Assembly (NCBI RefSeq): GCF_009914755.1
Contig: NC_060946.1
From: the human T2T-CHM13v2.0 reference genome, Homo sapiens
Direction: 5' to 3' (one strand)
DNA: 64,000 nucleotides
Shown one piece after another: positions 1-13,527 of this stretch. The translations under genes were made by a program, and so were the position numbers. Within the stretch, counting starts at the first letter, position 1. Every line of letters begins with the position of its first letter. A model generated the notes under the pieces. It saw only the letters and a program-made list of their open reading frames with translations. It ran no database searches and was not told the DNA's origin.

Positions 1-663
1 TTTTGCCAATTTAATCAACAATTGGAAGAACCTGTGTCCCCAGAAAGCTTTATTTCTTTCAATATTTCATTAGAATAAAAGCCTAGGAGTGAAATTATTA
101 GGTCCCAGTATACGAACATTTTATGGCTTCTAATACAAAATTGTCAAATTTCTCTCCAGAAAAAGGGAATCATAAACATTTACTGAGTGTCTGCTATGTG
201 CCAGACACTGGCAATTTAAAGGTCAGCAAACCCAGGGACAGCGCCTATCTTCAGGGCACGCCCAGCCTCATGAAGGAGACACAGGTTAATAAAATAACTA
301 TACTAGAAAGATGATGCTATGGGAAGTGCTATTAGAAGCAACATAGAGCTGGGAATTGGCCTAGTGGTGGTGATGGTGGTAGTCAAGGAAGGCTTTCCTG
401 AGGAGGTGTCATTTGGGCTGAACCCTGAGTGATGAGCAGATCACTCTGGGGTGAAGGTAGGGCAGGTTACATAGGACGCTGTAGGCCCTGAAAGGACACT
501 TAGACTTTGTCCTAAGAACCTGGGGAAATAATTTTAGCAGTGGAGGGATGTGGCAAGAAAAGAAGGATTTTCTAAATTGAGTGGTCCCTACTGCTCTGCA
601 GTGATGTCCTTGGCCCCAGGCAAGATCCCTAACCAAGAATGCTGATTCTGTCCTCTTTCCCAG

Positions 664-754
664 GGCTCAAGATGACAGGAGTGGACTGTGTGGAGGGGAT
701 GGCCTCGGGCCTGTACCAGGAACTCTTTGCGGCTGTGGTCTCACTCATCAACAG
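664..754 (+). CDS. MYO18B: MYO18B coding exon (motor domain; (G)LKMTGVDCVEGMASGLYQELFAAVVSLIN(R))
   Basis: Acceptor tcctctttcccag|GG, donor AG|gtaacg; 91 nt, phase 1 to 2; homologous to the myosin helix preceding switch II. Not in the ORF track. Confidence 0.93.
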
Positions 755-1019
755 GTAACGGGGCCTTTTCCTAGGCACACAGTTGGCCTCTTACAGGTGC
801 ACAGATGAATTCACATACCGGGCAGTTGAACAAAGTGGCAGTTTTTGAGCTGGCGAGAGGGTTTCTAAGGTGGACAGTGCTGGGTTTAACTTCTACCTTG
901 GCCACCCACTGGCTGTGAGGTCGGCAAATCAGTTCACTTCTCTGATCTCCCTTTCCTCGTCTGTACAATAGCTCTCTTCCCAAGGACTGTTGTGAGGATT
1001 AAAAGAAATAATGAATTTA

Positions 1020-1337
<318 letters not shown>

Positions 1338-3030
1338 TTCTTCCTAACAGTGATTGTAAAAATGCCAATAATAAAATCTAAGTACTTTTGAGTGGCTACT
1401 GAGGGCCAGGGATTGCACTAATTGTGTAACCTGCTTTGCATCATTGAATACTCACATGGGCCCATTGTACAGAGGAGGAGACTAAAGCTTGAAGGGGTAG
1501 AACCGAGATGCAAACACAATGCCACCTTCTCATGTCATACCTTCAGTTCCCCTGAATAGCCCAATACATTGCTCTCATCCATTTATTTTTCAAAATTGTC
1601 TTGCTGGGGATGGGAGCAACATGGTAGAAATTTGGAGTGGGCTGGGGTGTGCCTCTGATGTGTGTCTGCGGGGCTGCAGGCACCAGGAGCCTCTGTTTTC
1701 CATCGTTACGCACAATGCACTGAGCCCATGCTTGGAAACCCTTTTAGCAGTTTTTTCAGCAGAGCTAATTCAGAGCCTAGGCAAAGGCTTGCCTTCCTCC
1801 TCTGTGAAAGCAGAAAGCATAATTAGGCTTCTGAAATCCTGTTAAAGGGATGAGGCTGGCGCGTAGCAACAGAGCAGCCGGGTTTCTCCAAGTTGTCGTG
1901 GACACAGAATCAACTCCCTCTGACGCTGCTGAAGTAATTACCATCTGAGCCCACAGACATATTATCTAGAAACCAAGGGGATCATGCGTGCTTAGAGAGG
2001 GAGTACTGGGAATGGGAAATGAACTGCTGGCGGAGGAAACTGCCTTCACCAGTGAAGGGCAGCTGCTTCAAGGTTTGGGTTCTCAGAGGCCACATCTGTG
2101 AAATGCCGCATGGATGATCAAAGTACCTACTACAGCATTTATAAGCACCTAGTAGGTGTCTGTCTTGCCAAGAATAAACCGACTTCATCTTCATGCATGT
2201 CTGTGTGGTGGCTGCTCTTATTATCCCCATTTTATAGTTGGAAAACCTTGGCAAACAACAGAAGAACCAAGGTTCAACTAAGGGCCTCCAAAGCTCCTAG
2301 CTGATCATACTCGTGGTGATGAGAGCAGGTGGCATTTACTGAGCACTAACCACATGGCAAACTTTGCTTTCACAGCCATGGAAGCTTATCACACCCAACC
2401 CTCACAACAGCCCTCTGAGCTAGTCACCATCATTAACTGAGACGGTGGCTAAGACGGTGGAGGCTCAGAGAGGTTGGGCAACTCTCCCAAGACACACATC
2501 CCCTCTGTCACAGAGCAAGGATTGAAGCCCACATGTGACTGGCTCCAAAATCTCTTAAGTCCTAAATTTTGATGTGAATAATCCCTGTTGTGTCCACCCC
2601 TACAGATTCATCAGGAGAATACAAGGAGGTGATAGCTTGAAAGAATTTTGTAAACTGATGTATTAAATAAAATAGTTTTTTGATTTTAATAGGCCTCTGA
2701 AGAAAGAAAAGGAGGGCCTAGGCTTCATATGGTAGCCAACTTCTGGGTGACCTTAAGCTAGTCATTTTTTTTTTTTTTTACTTTGGGCCAGTGGGAGGCA
2801 GTTTAATTCCTTTAGTCCTTATAGCTATCCCTGGGATAAGCCTACTCACCCCCATCCTCATTTAACAGTTGGGGAAACCCCTGCTCAGAGAGGTTAAGTA
2901 GCTTGCCTGAGGTCACACAGCCTGTAAGAGGTGAGCTTGGTTTTGAAACCAGTTCTGCTGGAGGCTTGGATCAGTGTGCTCCTAGATTCCATGCCATCTC
3001 AGACATTCCACCTCTCTCTTCTCTCCCTAG

Positions 3031-3223
3031 ATCCTTTTCCTCCCACCATCTCTCCATGGCCTCCATCATGGTGGTGGACTCTCCAGGCTTCCAGAACCCC
3101 CGGCACCAGGGCAAGGACCGGGCGGCCACCTTTGAGGAGCTGTGCCACAACTACGCCCATGAGCGCCTGCAGCTGCTGTTCTACCAGCGGACCTTTGTCT
3201 CCACGCTACAGCGATATCAAGAG
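3031..3223 (+). CDS. MYO18B: MYO18B coding exon (switch II and relay helix; SFSSHH...DSPGFQ...FEELCHNYAHERLQ...RYQE)
   Basis: Acceptor ctctccctag|A, donor GAG|gtatgc; 193 nt, phase 2 to 0; lies within ORF 2903..3274. Confidence 0.96.
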
Positions 3224-3812
3224 GTATGCCTGGGCTGGAGCAGGGCTTTCACCAGAGCTCCGTGGATGGTGTAAGGTCAGATGGGAAGGGGTGGGATTCC
3301 CATTCCCCAGGAGCCTGCAGCTTCACCCTGTTTGGTTCACCAGAGAACAAAGCCCTTTCCCCAGGCCTGGCTCCCCAGACCTCTGTTGCTCCCTCCACAG
3401 CCCAGCCTCCCCCTGCCACCTTCTGAACCCCGCAGCCCAGAAGCACCAAGGAACTCGGGCTTCCCCAGTCCTTGCTTCCACGGCTGTCCTTTCTTTGGGA
3501 TGACTGCTTCATTCTCTCCCACTTCACTTAAGCAGAAGGCTCCTCCAAGAGTCAGTCTGCATCTGCCCAGGGGGGGAATGCCCTTTGAGTCCTGTGGGTG
3601 GGTGGCAGCAGTGGGCTCCACACCCCTCTGCAGCACAGCACGGTGAGTCTCACAAAGTTGAAGGTACATGCATCACAAAACCCAGCAATTCCTCTTCTAG
3701 GAGGCACCTGAGAGAAACTCTGTGTGTGAACCAGGAAGCATGTACAGGCATGATCCTGCCAGCCCTTCTTTTTTCATAAAAAAAAAAAAAAAGAGGTTAA
3801 GTTGAAATATAA

Positions 3813-4208
<396 letters not shown>

Positions 4209-4565
4209 CTATCACCCACGTGAAAATGAGAGTATTTTCAGTTCCCCATATGACTCCCACCTTCTTCCCTGAAGGTGTGACCACTTTTATTCCAATAAGT
4301 ACCACTGGCAGAATATTAGAAATGGCCATATTGTTCACCAGTTGAATAATATAGAATAATAGGTATTGAAGTTCCAGTCATTTTTTTGGTTGGTAATAAA
4401 AATAAAGCACCAACATAAATGAATCTCAAACAGATGATGCTGATGAAACCTGAGGTCTGATCCTAACTCTGTCGCTTATTGGCTGTGTGGCCTTAGGAAA
4501 GGCACTCACCCTCTCTGACCCTCAATTTTTTTTTTTACGTGGAAAACAGAGATAATAATACTTTT

Positions 4566-5130
4566 GTATCAGTTATGATTTGCCATAATAATGCTGCGTA
4601 ATAAACTACCCCCAAGTGTAGTGGCTTAGAAAAAAATCTTCGGTTGTTGCTCACAAGTGTCTGGATGGCCTGGGCAGCTCTCTTGGTCCAGGATGGTTCT
4701 TGAGCTTGTGTTCAGATTCAGGTGTAGGTTGGGGTAGATGGCTCTGATGATCTTGGCAGGGCTCGCTCATGCGTGGGATCAGCTGGCCATGAACGGATCT
4801 AGGCAGGCCTTGTCTGGGGTAACCTTGTCCCTGTTCCACAAATGTCCCATCCTCCAGCAGGCTAGCTTGGGCTGTCCTTGTAGTGCTGGGCAGGGTTCCA
4901 AGAGAGCAAACAGAAGCGTGCAGGGGACCTTGAGGCCTGGACTTGAGGCCTGCACAGAATCACTTCCACTGTGTTCGGTGAGTCACAACAGGTCTAAGGC
5001 TGAGCATGGATTCAAGGGGTAGGAAAACAGGCTCCACTTCTTGATGGAGGCACTGCAGTGTCACTCTGCAGAGAGTATAGATACAGGGAAGTGCAGAGAA
5101 CCAGGGTTGTTTTAGATCATTGTTACCAGA
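4566..5130. mobile_element. ERVL-MaLR solo LTR (MLT1-type), old
   Basis: Begins TGTATCAGTTA...ATAATGCTGCGTAATAAACTACCCCCAA...GTGGCTTA, typical of MLT1J/K ends; boundaries approximate. Confidence 0.65.
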
Positions 5131-5632
5131 CTCCCCAAAGGGGCCGTTTTGAACATTTAATGAACAAGAATAAAGAGTGTAACAGCTATTTTATTTTTCC
5201 CATAATATTTCACTTATTTCTGATTATCAATGTAATACATTTTTAATTAAAACGCTGGAAAGTTCATATGAGTATAAAGAAACTAAAGATACAATCTCCT
5301 TTGGCGCTTCTATCCAGAGGCAACCATTGTTACTATTCTGTTTCTTTTTTGTTTGTTGTTTGTTGTTGTTACCATTTTCCCTTTATTATGTTGTCCGTGG
5401 ATTTTGGATCTTCCTGTATATATGAGTTTGTTGTCTGTCATTTTCCTCACAGTATTACATTATTCACATAACCTCCCTCCACTTACAAATCTTAGTAAAC
5501 CTGCTTGCAGTGGTTAGATCTGATTGTATTCCCTCTCCTATAGACATCAGGGTAGTTTCTAAGTTCAAGGCTTTATAAACAATACTGCAGTGAACATCCT
5601 TGTCCACAGCATTTCCTGGACATTTCTAGTGA

Positions 5633-5937
<305 letters not shown>

Positions 5938-6174
5938 TCTGGTGACATGATTGTGGCAACTATTATTCCCCATAGTTTACATTTGTTACTTCCAGCACCG
6001 AACACTCAGCCTAGCACTCATTAGGTTCTCAGTAAATATTTTAAAAGTTTGGACCGAGTTATCAGTTTCTGATAAAGCTCTCAGCATGACGGCTGACACG
6101 CTGCATGATGAGCAGAATGTCATTGGAGTGTGGATTTACAATCTTTCTTCCTACACAAAGGCTAAAAGGTGATG

Positions 6175-7052
6175 AATAAACAAACAACCCCATTAGCAAC
6201 TGGAAAAATTAATTAAACAGACATTTCTCCAGAGATTTACAAAAGCACACAAAAAGAAGCTCACCATCACAAATCGTAAGAGAAATGCAAATCCAAACCA
6301 CATTGAGACACCACCTCCCACACACTACAATGGCTACTATAAAAAAAAATCAGAAAATAACAAGTGTTGGGGTGATGTGGAGAAACTTGAACCCTTGTGC
6401 AGTATTGGTGGGAATGTAAAATAGTGCAGCCGCTGTGGAAAACAGAATGGTGGACCTCAAAACCTAAAAAAATAGAATTCCCATGTGATTCAGCAATTCC
6501 ATGTCTGGGTATGTACTGAAAAGAATTGAAATTAGGGACTCAAACGGGTATTTGTGCACCAGATTGCAACATTATTCACAATAGCTGAAAGGCAGAAGCA
6601 ACTCATATATAGATTGCAATTGACAGGCGATGGACAAGCAAAATGAGATACGCATATTACGAGATACGCACTTACTAGGAAGTATTATTCAGCCTTCAAA
6701 AGGAAGGACATTCTGATAAAATGGTACATGCTGGATGAACCCTGAGGACATTATGCTAAGTTACATAAGTCAGACACAAAAGGACAAATACTGTATGGTT
6801 TCACTTACATAAGCTACTTAGAAAAGTTGAGATCAGAGGCACAGAAAGTAGGATGCTGGGGGAGAAGGAAATAGGGAGTTAAGTCTCATGGGTACAGAGA
6901 TTCCGTTTTGAAAGATGAAGAAAGTTCTGGAGATGGTTGGTGGTGATGGGTGCACAACAACATGAATGTACCTTATACCACTGAAATGTATACTTAAAAT
7001 GACTAAAATGGTAAATTTTCTGCTATGTATCTTTTGCCAAAATTTAAAAAAA
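6175..7052 (+). mobile_element. L1 3' fragment (L1MB-type: ORF2 end and 3'UTR)
   Basis: AGACATTTCTCCA...GAAATGCAAATCCAAACCAC...GGTGGTGATGGGTGCACAACA...AAAATGGTAAATTTT, then A tail. Confidence 0.85.
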
Positions 7053-7171
7053 CGATTTTTTTAAAGGGCCAAGAGGTGATGGAAGTCCTCTCCGCTTTTT
7101 CCTTCTTCAGAAGTTTTCTTCCCCCTTCAGCTCGCTAAAAGTGCTAACTTTTAAATCCTGTTATTTTCCAG

Positions 7172-7252
7172 GAAGGTGTTCCTGTGCAGTTTGACCTCCC
7201 GGACCCCTCCCCAGGGACCACCGTGGCTGTTGTGGATCAAAATCCCTCTCAG
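7172..7252 (+). CDS. MYO18B: MYO18B coding exon (EGVPVQFDLPDPSPGTTVAVVDQNPSQ)
   Basis: Branch-like gctaac at 7143, acceptor ttattttccag|GAA, donor CAG|gtaaca; 81 nt, phase 0 to 0. Confidence 0.94.
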
Positions 7253-8383
7253 GTAACACAGGGCCCAGCCAATCCAGGCTCTCAGATGCCAGTTGGCCAT
7301 ATTGAAATGCTGGTGGATTTGAGTCTTCAGTCTACTAGTTGTCAATGCCGTGTGCACCTAGAGTCACCCCGGGATCATTGGCAACGTGGATGCCTGGGAC
7401 CCAACCCCAGATTCTGTGTAAATTGTTCTGAGGGTATGGCCTGAACAGTGGAAATTTAAGCATCATCAGGTTGAGAACTGCTGCTGTCCTTTATGTCTGA
7501 GTCTATGTCTTAGAATAGACTCGTGCCTGGGAGCCTGAGGCCTGAGCCAAAGTGAGTTCAGGGCTCATGGCCAGAGGCCACCAGCCACTCTGGCCTGGAA
7601 AGGTCAGATGTTTGAATGAAGGTGCTGTGCCCAGCAGAGACTGGGGACCTTGGGCACTGGAGAACAGGGGACCATGTTGGGTTCAGGGCCCTGAACTCAT
7701 CTGGGGGCAGACAGGCGTTAGTTTGAGGGAAACTGAGTCTTTACCTCACTCTCTCCACCCCTAGAACTCACTTTGCTACCCCAGATCTGCACCTCTGCTC
7801 GACTCAGAACTGCCCTTGACAATTTCACTTGATTTTTTTGTCTTCCTCTTCACATTTTATTACAAAAGTGCTTGGGCCATGAAACCTGCCATGCTTGGGT
7901 CCAGTCTTGGTGACCTTGGGCATGTTACTTCACCTCTCTGAGCCTCAGTTTCCTCATTTCCAGAATGGGGATGCTACTTTTTCTGGGTTGCTGTGAATAT
8001 CAATGAGATATTGCACATAAGGCACCTGGCGTGATGCTTGGCACACAGGAGGTGCCCTGCCGGTGGCATCTCTCCTGCCATCTGACACTGCAGGCTGCCC
8101 CTCCCCTTTTCTTCCTTCCTTGTCTCCTGCTGACCAGAGATGGCTTGCAGGCTTTCTCTTGGCACACAGTGGGCTGTACCCATCATTGCAAAGCCCTCTC
8201 CTGTGTAAGCCCAGCTGACTGTTGTCAGTGTGTTCTTCTGGTTGGCATCTGTCTAGTTCATTTCCTTCCACACTGTGCTTCCTCACCTGTGCCTCTCCTA
8301 GGAAAGGGTGGGCCTGAAGGGCTGATTTAGCAGTGTTGGCTGGGAAGGGCGGGGTAGTCTCCAGGGCCTGTGGCTGCAAATAG

Positions 8384-8581
<198 letters not shown>

Positions 8582-8748
8582 TGAGGACCTTCTGAGCGTG
8601 GGCTGGCTATCAGTTTCAGCCCCAATAAAGAAGGCCAAGGTGAAGGATGCCTGGGATCCAGTTCCAGCTCTGCATCTTTGACTGTCCATCCGGGAGACCC
8701 TGGATGTGCCCCTTCCCCTCTCCAGGCCTCTGAGGGGTGTGGATTCCT

Positions 8749-8843
8749 CAGGGTGACCAACTGTCCTGGTTTGCATAGGACTTTCCCAGCTTTAGCACTG
8801 AAAGTTTCATGTCCCGGGCAAAGTAGGACAGTTGGTTACTGTG
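8749..8843. mobile_element. MER81-like hAT MITE
   Basis: Terminal inverted repeats CAGGGTGACCAACTGTCCT ... AGGACAGTTGGTTACTGTG (16/19 match), core TTAGCACTGAAAGT. Confidence 0.75.
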
Positions 8844-9550
8844 CATATTGCATTTCCTCTATAACAAGTTGGTGGCCTTTTTTTGGTTGTGCCAACTCCT
8901 TATGGGCCCTCAGAGAGGCCCTTTAAATTCCCCAGGCCTCTCTCAGTTTCCCATATGCAAAATTACAGGGTTGAGTAGATGGTCTCTGAAGCTTGTGGCT
9001 AGATTTCAAATTCTACGTCAGTGCTATTGACTCGTGTTCACCTTCTTCTCTGAAATGTTCTTTGAGTGCTTTTTTTCTCCTCCCCAAGATTTTAGTTTAA
9101 AAAATACAAGGACTTCTTAGAGGAAACGATACAGACAGAATTAATCCTTTCTCGTTTGTGCACAAATAGACCAGCTGCCTGTATGTATCTAGAAATGTGT
9201 AATTTCCAGAGGGTTCCCCTTGTTAAATCCCCACCATGGCCCTCCAAGGAAGGTATTTTCAGTCTCCATTACACAGGAGGAAACAAGGCTCAGAGAAGTG
9301 TAGTAAGTTGCCCAAGGCCACACAGGAGGTGAGCACAGAGGCAGGATTCAGACAGTTTGCAAATGAGAGGTTGCTATAGCTTCAACACTGAGAGTCTGGG
9401 GTGATTGGGAGCATGGTTTTGGGTAGGCACGTTCTGAGTCCTGACACTTGGGACTTGGATGCTCTCATTCCCTATCGGTGGGAAGAGAAGCCCAAGACAG
9501 GCTTCTGATGGGTATCAGGGCCCTTCAGTGAATCCTGGTTCTCCCAGCAG

Positions 9551-9698
9551 GTCCGCTTACCAGCTGGAGGAGGTGCCCAGGATGCCAGAGGCCTTTTCTG
9601 GGTCTTAGATGAGGAAGTCCATGTAGAGGGCTCCAGTGACAGTGTGGTGCTCGAGCGTCTGTGTGCTGCTTTCGAGAAGAAAGGAGCTGGGACTGAAG
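9551..9698 (+). CDS. MYO18B: MYO18B coding exon (VRLPAGG...LFWVLDEE...KKGAGTE); alternative start at 9548 adds one Gln
   Basis: Acceptor ctcccagcag|GTC (CAGCAG tandem), donor GAAG|gtaagg; 148 nt, phase 0 to 1; conserved myosin LDEE motif. Confidence 0.94.
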
Positions 9699-10933
9699 GT
9701 AAGGAAGCAGGGGGCTGGGGATGGGGCCTGAGTCCAGCCTGGGTATTAGAATCTGTTCTTCTCTGCTGCAGGGAAAGCCCTGACAAGGCCTGCACAGAGG
9801 CTCCAACGTGCAGAGGTGAATGTGCATGAGCCTGTGTATGCTTTCATTCATTCAAGTATTCAGTGAACGCATTGAGCAGCCACTATGTGCTGGGTACTGT
9901 TCCATGTGTTAGTTAACCAGCCTGGCGTGGGCCAGTCCTCATGGGGAAGGCACAAGCTCACAGCCAAGCACATGCATGCACAGTGAGCCTGCAACTGCAC
10001 TCTAATGGGGCGCATCAGGGCGTTTCTCATTTTTCTGGTAGCCAGTGGGAGATGCGTGCAGATGCATCTAACAGAGAGCCAGGAACACGATGCAGGACAA
10101 GTTTGGAGATGGCTTCTGGGCTCAGACTGCAGAGGCTGTTGCTGGTCATGCAAAGGTCTTAACCCTAGAGCAACGAGAAGCCATGAAGGATTCCAGGCAG
10201 TGGGAGGCATGATGAGCTTCATGTTCTGGAAAGTTCCCTGAGGTTGTAGTGTGAAGATATGGTAGGAAGGCAGGTGGTCAGGGTGAGAGAGGAGCTGGCC
10301 TGCCCCAGGAGGTAGAAACCTCTGGAAGTGTTTAGCAGGTAAAGTCCATAGCACTTGGTGGGAGTTGGATTGGTGGAAGGGGGAGCAAGAGGGGAGATGA
10401 AGGCGTGAAACCAGAACAAAGTGATCATGAGATTTGGTATCCATGGGCTCCAAGTTGAAGTCCAGTTATTTCTGCTTTCCCCTGCATGATGTGGGGCAAA
10501 CCTCTCGTAGTCTTAGTTGATGTGCTTTTAAAATTGGGAAAGAAGTCACCCCTGGCCCTTTTTTCTCTAGAATTTCTGCTACGATGATTGGGTAATATTA
10601 TGTGCATGCAGAGCTTTGTCACCGGGGTCAAGGTGTTGCAGGTTTATTGATGAGGATGAGGATGCTGATGGTGATGGAGAACATGATTCTGGGGTTGGGG
10701 AGTGTTGCATGTACTGCACTCAGAGCAGCATACGCAGCTTTATGGATAGCTCCTGGTAGGATTCTGTCCCACACTTGGAGATACATATTCTTATTCAAAA
10801 ACTGAGTTCCAGAAATCCTTGTGCAAGGTCACCCAGAGGAGAGAAGGGTCAAAAGACAGATTCAAAACATGGTTTGTCTGGATCTGAGACTCAGATCCCT
10901 ACACCACTAGGCACTTAAGAAGGCAAATGTAGT

Positions 10934-11315
<382 letters not shown>

Positions 11316-12112
11316 TCATTCATTCCTTGGTCCCTTCAGAAAATATGGATGGAGCACCTAATATGTGGCAGCCACTGTCCTAGCCCAGGAGATGCATCTT
11401 CCAGCAGAGAAGAGACAGTAAGGCAGGTGCATCCGAAAGGAGAAGACTGAGGACTGTGACTCTGGTTGAGGTCACTGAGAGAATGAGGCTTGGTAGAGAA
11501 GATGTCCAAGGACTAGGTTCTGGGACATTCCTATGTCAAGGTGTCAGGGACAAGGCAAAAAACCAGCACAGGAGACCGAGGTGTGGCCAGGGAGGCAGGA
11601 GGGAAAGCCAGGAGAATATGACTCCCTGGAAGCCACAGGAGGGATTGACCTTATCAAATGCGGCTGAAAGGTCAAGTGAGGTGTGTGCTGGGGAATGACC
11701 ATTGGATTTGGCCTCGTTGAAGTCATTGGAGACATAGACAGATGCATCTTGATGGAATGTTTCGGGTGATTGTCCAACTGGAACAGTTTATAAGAAATTG
11801 GGAGAAGAGCCAACCATCCAGTGAGTGAGCGCCGGCAGAAGCTTCCAGCTTATGGTGACCAGCAGAGACCTCTGTCCGAGACATTCATGGTAGATTCCTG
11901 TGCCCATATCAGGACAGGATTGTCTAACCAGTGAAGCAGCAACAGCATCTGATGCCTCCTGCAGCTCTCTCTGGAGCAAGCTCACAGTGCAAATTCCTAA
12001 ATTATTCCCAGAGAGCTCGGCTCTGCCAGTGACTGGCGCAGAGCTGACTTCTCTGCCCATCATGGAGGCACAGTGCCCGGTGTTCTGGGGGCCCATGAAA
12101 ATGTTGTTTTTC

Positions 12113-12306
12113 ATTTTTTTAAATTTTAAGGTCAGGGGTACATGTGCAGGATGTGGAGGTTTGTTATATAGGTAAATGTGTGCCATGGTGATTTACTGCA
12201 CAGATTGTCCCATCACTCAGGTATTAAGCCCAGCATCCAGTAGCTCTTCTTCAAGATGCTCTCCCTCCTCACCCTACGATGTGCCCAGTGTGTGTTGTTC
12301 TCTCCC
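12113..12306 (-). mobile_element. L1PA 3'-end fragment
   Basis: GGGGTACATGTGCAGGATGTG...GGTATTAAGCCCAG; gaaaatgtt on both flanks. Confidence 0.85.
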
Positions 12307-12346
12307 AGAAAATGTTTTAATTTCTGGAAAGAAAAAGAACTTTTAG

Positions 12347-12714
<368 letters not shown>

Positions 12715-12720
12715 CACACA

Positions 12721-13045
12721 CAGTCATGCACCACATAGCAGTGTTTCAGGCAACGGACTGTGTATACACATGGTGATTCCATAAGATGATAATACCGTAT
12801 TTTTACTGCACCTTTTCTATGTTTAGATACACGAGTACTTACCATTGTGTTATGGTGGCTTACAGTATTCAGTGCGGTCACATGCTGTACAGGTTTGTAG
12901 TTTGGAGCCATGGGCTGTACCATACAGCCTATGTGTGTGGTAGGCTCTACCATCTAGGTTGGGGTTAGCATGCCCTATGGTATTCCCACAAGGACCGAAT
13001 CACCTAACGATGCAGTTCTTAGAACATATCTCCATTGTATAACTG
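12721..13045. mobile_element. Tigger3a/MER7A-like TcMar DNA transposon
   Basis: CAGTCATGC terminus; internal TTTTCTATGTTTAGATACAC and GCTGTACAGGTTTGTAG; ends ACTG followed by TA. Confidence 0.85.
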
Positions 13046-13527
13046 TATGTGTGTGTGTATGTGTGTATGTCTGTGTGTAAATATATGTGTATGTGTGTGA
13101 ACATGTTTGTGTATATATATATATATCTGTGTCTATATGTGTATGTGTATATCTGTGTGTGCCTGTGTGTGTGCATGTGTGTGTATGTCTAGTTGTTTGT
13201 ATATGTGAGGGTATGTATGTAGTGCATGTGCCTGTGTGTATATGTGTGTGTGCACCTGTGTGTGTATGTATGAGTGTATACATGTGTGTGCATGTGTGTA
13301 TATGTATGTATATATGTATTAGTGTGTATACGTGTGTGCGTGTGTGTATATATGTATGAGTGTTTGTGTATATGTGTATGAGTGTGTATATATGTGTGTG
13401 CATGTGTGTATATATGTATGAGTGTGTTTGTATATGTGTGCACGTGTGTATATGTGTGTGTATATATGTATGAGTGTGTTTGTATATATGTGTGTGCATG
13501 TGTGTATATGTGTGTGTGTATATATAT
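13046..13527. repeat. Compound (TG)n/(TA)n low-complexity tract, ~480 bp
   Basis: Directly visible; source of the His/Thr- and Cys/Val-rich spurious ORFs. Confidence 0.97.
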
